Assembly (NCBI GenBank): GCA_964016885.1
Contig: OZ024743.1
Span: forward strand, 218,054,001-218,118,000
Length of the DNA stretch: 64,000 bases
From: Eledone cirrhosa
Lineage: Eukaryota
Reading direction: 5' to 3'
Part shown: positions 55,604-64,000 of the stretch, one piece after another
Numbering within the stretch: the first letter of the stretch is position 1
Layout: each line of letters opens with the position of its first letter
Translations under genes and position numbers: made by a program
Notes under the pieces: model-generated
Told to the model about the DNA's origin: nothing
What the model saw: only the letters and a program-made list of their open reading frames with translations
Database searches by the model: none

Positions 55604-55737
55604 CTGTGTTTGTATTTATGTCTGTATGTGTTTATATATGCTTACATGAATGTATTTATGTTTGCATGTATATATGTATGTATATATATACTTATGTTTA
55701 TACTTATACATACTTATATATGTACTTATATTTATGT

Positions 55738-56130
55738 CAGGTCACCAGTTGGTGCTACTGGCAACATGTATCCCAGTACAACCTGTCTCATGGTCGGGTC
55801 GTTGGCGACTAAACTGGCAACCCCACCAAGGTTTCTTGGTGAGGAGGGTGACTTTGGACATCCTGCAGGACTAAAAACAAAACCTGTCAAAGGGCAAAGG
55901 AGCTCTTAAGAGTCAATGGCCATCCAAAATCACCGGGAGAGATGACGCCTTAGCCTTTGTCAAGGCAGAATTCTAAGAGAAGGAAAACTCTGATATAACA
56001 CCTGCAACCCTGATGGTATCCAATGATGTTGACTTGTTCTTCTTTTTGGTAAATATCATCTTGGTTAAGAGAGTGGGACTGGTTTTGTGAAGTGCCTTTG
56101 CTCACTATAAAAGCTTCACGGCACAGGCAT
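55738..56130 (+). mobile_element. Possible RTE-type 5' UTR remnant
   Basis: CTAAACTGGCAACCCCAC and GAGAAGGAAAACTCTGA resemble RTE 5' UTRs; no ORF follows. Confidence 0.35.
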
Positions 56131-57509
56131 TGCTTTATATCTGGAGATCTCTCTGCACTTGTCGTCTCATGGTATCATGGGCCCAGCACTATGTGTCAAT
56201 AATTGTCACAAGTGTAGTGTTTGTACCAGAGTTTTCAAGTCGCTGGCTGGACTAAAAAGTCACACTCGTTCAGCGTATCGGTAGGGGTTCTCCTACATGG
56301 ATATAAAGTAGTGGCCGTACTCGAAAACGAGTTGGCAGCCACCATGTATATATATATATATATATATACACACATAGTTATGGACAATTTCGTATGTGTA
56401 TGTGTGTTTGATGTTTGTGTGCACGTTTACTTCTGTAATCCACGTGTTCAAGGCACGATTATCGAAAATATTTTAGAGTCTTATGTGTGTGTGGGAGGGA
56501 GCACATGTATCAGTGTGTGTGTGCCCCTCTATGTGTGTGGGGAAGAGATATATGTGTGATATGTAGCTGTCCAAAATCCTGGCTATCATCGTCAGTCAAT
56601 ATATAGCTGAATTCAGTATGCAAATGTCTATCAATTCCCGAGTCTCACTGAGGATCACTGATATCTCCTCGGATACTTGCCTTAAACGATGATATATATA
56701 TATATATGTAATCTCGTTGTCACATGCACGCATGCCGATGCGCCGACACATACACACGCATCACACACGAACAAAAATCTCCGTGGTTGTGAAGTGTATT
56801 TTAGCACATGTCAGTCTCATAGAGGAAACCAATATTCAAATGTATTTCATTGCAGAGCTATCTAAGATTACAGGATTTAATATGTTCTTCCCTATTGTAT
56901 ATCGTAATAAGTTAGGGAGTAATGGTCAGGAGGATTTCGATGCTATTTATAAGAATTCTATCGATCTGGTAGAACTGTTTTCTTGGTTTGTCTTCGCTGT
57001 TTGAATTGATATAGTTGTTGTTGTTGCTACTTTTGTTGTTTGGTCCAGGTCAGTAGACTATATATATTACCAAAATTATTCACGTCATGACTAACCTATC
57101 TTTTTAGGGGTATCTAGTAATACATTATTTAAAGTGGCCTTCCTTTACATTAGGGGTTGATATCAAGGAGATTTCGCTGCTATCTCTAATAAATCAAACA
57201 AACATCCACATTTTTGTTGTTATTGGTTTAACCGTAGATTACACCTTATTGAGCAGACATCCCAATCGTATCCTTAAGCAAGACACTTTATTTCACAATG
57301 CTTTAGTCCATTCATCTGCCAAAACGTTGTACCAGTAACTTTTTGATGTTACGCTGACTCCCCGCCTTCCACCATATGACCTGCGTTGACGGTATATGTA
57401 TCTATGGAATGCTCAGCCACTTGTACGTTAATTTCACTGGCTAGCTATTCTGTTAATCAAACAAGTTGAACAGCCATTTCGGGACAGGCGGAAGTCCAAC
57501 ACACATACA

Positions 57510-57613
57510 TACAGATGGGTAGGTAGATGGATTGATGGATGGTTGGATAGCTAGATAGACAGATAGATAGATGGGTAGATAGAGAGAGAGAGTGAGAGAT
57601 AGAGAATAAACAA

Positions 57614-57667
<54 letters not shown>
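57510..57667. repeat. (GATA)n microsatellite abutting the 3' end of copy E
   Basis: Seen directly. Confidence 0.95.
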
Positions 57668-59630
57668 TACTTTATTTGCCACAAGGGCGTACAAGAAAAG
57701 GGGACAATACAAAGACATGCCGGGGAGTTTACATACAGTCGTGTAAAAAATATAAAAACAAACAATTACAACAATTGAAATCCCCAATAGGGGGGAAGCG
57801 CCACATATAGGTTGTTTAATACCCGGTCGATAGAACAACCCTCAACTCCAGGAGCGTGTTGTGCAAGGGCTCCTTTCTTCCTTTTGCTCTCTTCTTCAAC
57901 CTACAGGCTTATAAACAGAGAAGGCCCAATCACTCGGGCCTGTTTTCGCTTCATTCACCCACCTTTCAGTAAATTTACTGGGGTGCAGTTGGTGGTGGTT
58001 TTGCTGATAGGGGGATGTTTGACTGTGGTGTTGTTTGTGTTGTTGTTTGTGTCTGTGGTTGTATGTTGGTGTTGGTGATAGGAGTTTTGGGGGTTTTGTT
58101 TTTTAGATTTCGCGGCTCTCCCCCTTCTTCACTTCAGGTGTGTGGGGTAGGGGTATGGTGTGTGGTGGTGGTGTTTCGGTGTGTGTGTTTGTGGTATTGT
58201 TTGATGGAGTGGGATGGAGTGGGGCCGCGTTCTTCAGGGGTGTTGTCTCTGTTTTTTCTGTTGTTGTTGGTTGAGTGTCTATTTGTTTTGGTGTGGTTGC
58301 TCGTTTCGTCTGTCGTTGTACTTGTGGTGGTGGTGGTTGTTTTGGTGTTGGTGTTGGTAATAGTATTTTTTAATTATGTTGTTGTTGTGTGTTTGTGGAC
58401 AAGAGGCTTTTAGGTGTGCTGTGCTACCACAGCGAAAGCAATGAAATTTATTTTGTTGTTATCATCGATGACGACACTTTCGGGTATTTTGGAGACTTTC
58501 TCCCGTTTCATTTACAACAGAATCTCCAAATTAGTACCCGCCCACCTTTGTCAAATAGATTTTCGTATCGAAAGAATCATATCAGTTTCTGGCAGCCAGC
58601 CTAGATCCACCAGATGTTAATGTTTGGGGGGGTATGTTTTTTATTTTTATTTTTTGTCCTTTTTCCCATGTATGTAGGGGAAAAGGTGTATGCTTTTGAC
58701 ACTATTGGTGTCACAGAATGTTTTGGGGCGAATGCCTCGCTTTTAAACAGTACGGAAACACTTCCGTACTGTTTTCCTCGCTGGTGAAAATCGATATTTG
58801 CTAGAATTTCCTTGAAAGTAGCTTCTATATCTGCTTAGCTAACACATGTTGGCTTTCTTGTGGAATTTGATACAGTCCTAAAGGTGACTGATCTGCGAAT
58901 TGTGTCTTCCTTTATTTCAAGGGGTGAGTTAGTTCAAAGCCCACCTTTTTCTTCGAAAGTTACAGATGTTCTCCCTTGCTGGAGCATATCTCTTGCGTTG
59001 GAGATATCAAGATTTATAAAATCTTGTTTTTGTTCACTGTTTCAGCGAAAGACATTTTCTTCTTTTTGTGTGGTGTTGCTGTTGTTGTTGTTGTTATCGT
59101 TGTTAGCCTCGGTGTTGGAAATCTCAGTTCCTTGACGAGGTGAAACATTATGTGTAGATGTATCTGTGGAGTTGTTGATGTCTTTTTCATGTGTATGTAT
59201 GTTAATAGGTTTAATTCGTGTGTTTTTCTGTGTGTTATTGTTATTTTTCTCCGCTTCAACGGTAGAAATTTTAAAATCTTCAAGTGGTAATATTTTTTCC
59301 TCTTTGTTGACAGTCGTATCTATGGCGACGTCCATAGTAGCAGAAGCAGATATAACGTTAAAATGTGCCTCTTTCTCTCTCTTTTCACTATTGACGTTCT
59401 CCAGCGTTCCCTTCGTGTTATTCATGTTTTATAGTTGGCAAAATTTGATATTTTAAAACAATCTTTTAATTAAATTTTCGCCCCTAAAGGGGCGAAAAAT
59501 GGGATTACCACCCAACTGACAATTCAGCGTGGGGGTTAATCTACAAAATAATATGTTTTTTCAAACGATTTGTTCTGTTTTTCATATATAAATTTACAAA
59601 AAATCTTACCGGCGACGTTCCACGCGTCAG
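57668..59630 (-). mobile_element. Tx1-group copy E: 5' UTR, ORF1, last ~90 bp of ORF2 and 3' UTR (non-autonomous, ~2.0 kb)
   Basis: ORF1 remnants from 59425 with CFRCGSTAHLKASC; joins at ~57988 to LHPSKFTERWV...AGCCTGTAG; ends AATAAAGTAA then (TCTA)n. Confidence 0.85.
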
Positions 59631-59658
59631 GCAGAAAGAGAGATAGATAGATAGATAT

Positions 59659-62600
59659 GTTTCTTTATTAGCCACAGGGGCACAAAAGAAGGGGACAAAT
59701 ACAAAGGGGGAAGTTTACATACAATAAAAACGTGTAAAATGTTATCACAAATGCAATTTAAAAAATTAGTCGATTTTTCCCCAATAGGGGAGACAGTTTA
59801 TAGGGGTAACACATACCCCCGAAAAAATGTGAAACCCTCATCTCCAGGAGTACGAAGAGGTTGTACTCCTTTCCTCTCCTCCTCCTTTTCCTCAACCTAC
59901 AGGCTGATATAGAGAGAAGGCCCATTCACTCGGGCCATACTAGCCACTTTTACCCACCTTTCATAAAACTTGCTGGGGTACAGCACCTCTCTCTCCATCC
60001 TGATTCTTCTTCCAAAGTGGTATTTGAAAAAAAGAATCAGTTGTTGGCCGGAGAGAAAGGTGTCTGACCTCAGCCCTTTCAACCTTGTCCACCATGCAAC
60101 CTCTTTCGCCATAGCTATCACACAAAGGAAAACCGCCTCTCCTTCGTTTTTGAAGGAGGGTGGCGGTTTGATCATGACAATGGATTCGGTGGTCAACCGG
60201 ATTGGTCCCACCCGCGACAATAGTCGTTCTACATAACCCCACAGGTCAGTGACGCCCGGACAGTGTATGAATGCGTGTGCGACGGTTTCTTCGTCTCGCA
60301 CGCACCTCGGACAGATCTTTTTTGCAGGGTCCCTGCCCGGGCGCCCATGTCTGTAGAGCTTGTCTCGAACTGGTAGAGCTCCTCGGTAGCACTGCTAGGC
60401 CAGGGACTTTTGGAAGTTGTCCATCGGTCCCGGGCGGAAGGTCCTACCGAACAGACTGGCCAGTTCATCTTCCTCTACGCGCAGAGTTTCACCGAGCGTG
60501 TCGTCGCACTTACTGCGGATCAACCCTCTATAGAATGACGAAGTGGAGTCTCTACTGATCGCCGGATCCGCCTGCTAGAGGGCTGTGAGCGCCTGAGCAC
60601 ATTAGATGTGCCAGTCGCCCATTTTCCTCGGTCTTTGCTTGACCCAGGACTGCAGCTCGGTCAGCGAGACGAGTCGTGGGAAGGCTCGCCTCACGAACGG
60701 GGCCCACACCGGTTGTCCGGTGAGGAATACGTAGAGATGCCGCAGCCTGAGCGCGTGTTTGCACATCGTCAACCACGGCATCCCCAGCCCTCCGTTAGAA
60801 GGGTGTTGGCAGCAGATGGATCTTCTTACCAAAGGAACCCGCCACTTCCACAGGAATTGGAAGAGCGCGCGTTCCATTTTGGCGAGCGTTTTGGCTGGAC
60901 AAGGCATGAAGGTCAAGCGGTAGTAGATGGCGGACGCTATAAAAGTGTTCGCCACCTCCGCTCGACCTTTCAATGATAGTTTGCACTCGGCCCACTTCTG
61001 GGTGAGTGCAAACACCTTGGCCGTCACTTCCTTCCAGTTCTTCTCCACCTGGAGGTCCGGACAAAACCAGGCCCCCAGCAGCTTTACCGGTCCTTCCGTC
61101 CAGAGTCCGACGACGCCATCGGAAGGCATCGATTTGCCTCTCCACGATCCGAGTTGCAAACCGATGGAATTGTCCCGGTTCAGCTTGGCTCCTGTCAAAC
61201 TTTCGTATTCCTTCTGTAAGGTGCCAACTTCCTCGATTTGCGAGGCGCTCGACACCATTACTGTCACGTCGTCGGCGTAGGCCGACGTCGCTTTCCGCAG
61301 TCCCGGTTCCAGAGGGATGCCCTCCAATAGCTCCAACTTCCGCAGTAGTTGCTCGAGAGACAGTACGTACAGAAGGGAGGAGAGAGGGAATACCTGTCGA
61401 ATGGATCGCGTATTATGGAACGGCTCCGAGAGGTAGCCGTTCACCTTGACCCTTGAGCAGATGTTGCTGTTGTGCATTGCAGCAATCCAGCCCCTGAACA
61501 CGGGTCCAAAGCCTGCCGCCTCGAGCACCGCATCCAGGTAACGATGGTCAACCCTATCGAAAGCCTTAGACTGATCCAAGTTGATCAGGGCCCCACCGAA
61601 GCCAGGTTTACACCCTACCCTCTCTATGATGTATCGCATGAGGTGGAGGTTGTCGTGTATGGACCTGGTCGGGATTGCGCATGTCTGCGCTTCTCCCACC
61701 AGGTTCTCGACGACAAGAGCCAGCCTCTTTGCCAACACCTTGGCCAAAATCTGTAACTCTGTGTTTAGCAGAGTTATCGGCCGGAAGTTGCCTATGTCAT
61801 CCCCCTTATTCTCGTCCTTCTTGATTAGTGTGACTACGCCCCCGGTTACAGAACTGGGATTTCTCCCGTTCTGTTGCCAGTTGCAGTAGACCGCTTCCAG
61901 GAGACGGGGAATAAGTCCGGCATTGCTACGTAAAATTCGTAGGGTAGACCGTCGAGACCTGGAGATTTGCGTTTGCCGCATTGGCTCAGCGCGTCCCCTA
62001 TCTCAGCGGCTGAAATCGGCTTTTCACTGAAATTTGCCTCGCTGTCCGAGAGTCGCGGTAGGCCGTCGAGGTATGGACCGAAATCCATAGCGCCCCCCGG
62101 CGCGCCGCCCCGCCCGAACAGTTGAGCAAAGTGCCGCTGATAGGCGGCCACATCTGCTTCGGCTCACGTATCACGCGTCCGTGTTGGTCCTTCTAAGACC
62201 GAATCGTGGACTTGTTGCCACTTTTTGCCTCCGTCACTCGGCCCCGAAGAACTGGTCCAAGGCCGTTCTCGTTGCTAGCACGCTGGCTACGTTGCCACTT
62301 CTAATTGCCTCTTCTACTTTATCTACCAGTTCCTTCTCGGTTCTATTTCTATCTAACGCTAATTCTTTACTAAAATCTAACGAGTCTAATCTAACTGCCC
62401 TCTTGAGAGAGTACCACCATCTGTTGTTGACAATGGCCCCTGTCAAGTGTTGTTTAACTAAAGTGCTAATCCGTCTACTGTAGGCTTTGCTTGTCGGTAA
62501 CGACTAGTTCAGCTTCCAGGAGCCGGGTCCTTGTCTATGGGTTCTATCAAGGTTGGCCATGCAGGTCACTAGTTTGTGATCTGAATAGGCAACCATGAAC

Positions 62601-64000
62601 ATTTGTGGACAGCTTAACATGTCCCTATCCTTATTTCTAACTAAAACCCTATCTAGGTACGATCTAGATGTTCCGCTACGATTACTCCACGTCCACAGTG
62701 GCGCAGTCGGAAAATCTAGTCGATATCTATCGGCCAGGTCAAATCGGTCGATTAACTGTTTGAGGCTGTTACACCCCCCTTTATCGGGACATGCTCCCAC
62801 ATAGTCCCAACGTGCATCTAGGATTCCATTCCAGTCCCCCACTAAAAGCAAGGAGCGGGACGTTCCCAGAAAAGTCTTTAGACGTTTGAAGAAGTCTGGC
62901 CGCGGTGTACCGGATGGGGCATATGCGGCCACCAGCCTGAAGCCTCCACCTTCACTACCGTCAACGTCTAGGACCACCAGTCGACCCTCCGGGTCCAGAT
63001 GTACCGTCTGTGTAACGAGGCCCAGGTGTTTCCGCAGCAAAACGGCAACTGCGCCCCCACCCCTCGGTTGACAGAGAGATGCGTAGTTCTCAAAGTCATC
63101 GAAGATGGGGGCCAGCTGTCGCTCGCTGTGGATCCTGGACTCGCAAATGGCTACCACATCCATACTGTACGACCTGAGTTCGTTTAAGAGTTTGCCCTGT
63201 TTCCAGGGCATCCCCAGGCTGCGTACGTTCACACATCCAACTCTTATATTGGCCATGTTGGTGCTGAAAAGTTAAAAGAGGAAAAGAGATCAATCACCCT
63301 TCGTCTCCTGGGGACCAGGCCGCACAATTTCCCTGGGGGTGTTGGAGGGGTTGTCTGGATGGGTGGTGGTTTCCGGCGTGGTGTGGACGGAGATGTTTGG
63401 TGGGGTGGTGTCTGGTGGGATGGGGGTGTCTGGGGTGGGGAGACATTTGAGAAGGACGCGGTTGAGTGGTTTCACGCAGGAATTCCCCACATCCTTTTCA
63501 AATGTTTCTTTTAGGGACCTATAAGTTTGTATAGGGATCCTAATCAGTTTTAGGTTCAGTTTTTTGTTATTTTTAATAGAGTGGGCGAAAGTTTTCCCTT
63601 CGGTTTTCACCGAAGGGTCGTTCCTGATGGTCTCGATTAGTGTTTTGTTTTCAGTGTTTATGTAAGTGTAAGTGTAATTTTTTTGTGTTGTCTTTGTTTT
63701 TGTCTGTAGTTCTTGTGTGTGCTTTCGTTTTGTTGTAGGTATTTTGTTTTCAGGAGGTGGGGGTTTTCTTTGTGATGTTTTTGTTGTTTGTGTTGGTGGT
63801 TGTATGTTTGTGGTAGTGTTTGCTGGGTTTTTGCTTTTGTGATGTATTTTCTTTCTTTTCGAGCGATGGGGTTCTCCCTCGTCTTCACTGGGTGATGGCG
63901 AGATAGCCTCATCTGTTGTATCGTCTGTGTGATTGGGGAGGGGTATGTCTTGGGGAGCTGTTGTGTATGTATGTGATTTTGCAGTGGTTTTAGGTGGAGT
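59659..64000 (-). mobile_element. Tx1-group copy F, close relative of C2 in inverted orientation, runs off the right edge
   Basis: 3' UTR, ORF2 and ORF1 tail are nearly the same as in C2; ~75-bp deletion at ~62243. Confidence 0.95.
59897..63256 (-). pseudogene. ORF2p (APE-RT-CCHC) with stops and frameshifts
   Basis: ORF pieces 62504-63256, 62234-62446, 61846-62151, 60602-61981 and 59897-60301. Confidence 0.92.

Noticed and set aside
57901-57990. Copy E as a retroposed spliced RNA
   Set aside because: The junction is not at the ORF1-end donor and is not directly preceded by AG in full-length copies.

Overview
AT-rich, microsatellite-dense eukaryotic DNA with no host gene that I can support. 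The SINE and repeat content looks like a mollusc, probably an Octopus-type cephalopod (inference). About 40% of the window is seven degraded copies of Tx1/L1-group non-LTR retrotransposons (ORF1 with a CCHC knuckle; ORF2 with APE endonuclease, RT and a C-terminal CX2C...H...C motif). One subfamily lacks poly(A) tails, sits in (ATCT)n/(GATA)n tracts and forms head-to-tail pairs; one partner is a 2-kb element with ORF1 and only the last ~90 bp of ORF2. Also present: an R4/Dong-like RLE retrotransposon split by a non-autonomous Helitron, two further Helitron-like copies with nested SINE, RTE and CRE insertions, CRE/RTE/CR1-like 3' fragments, many tRNA-derived SINEs and simple repeats. The most unusual signals are apparent GATA-microsatellite targeting, conserved splice-like signals between ORF1 and ORF2, and a 115-bp palindrome that looks like a hammerhead ribozyme whose core was overwritten by template switching. 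All calls were made by eye; coordinates of degraded repeats are approximate.
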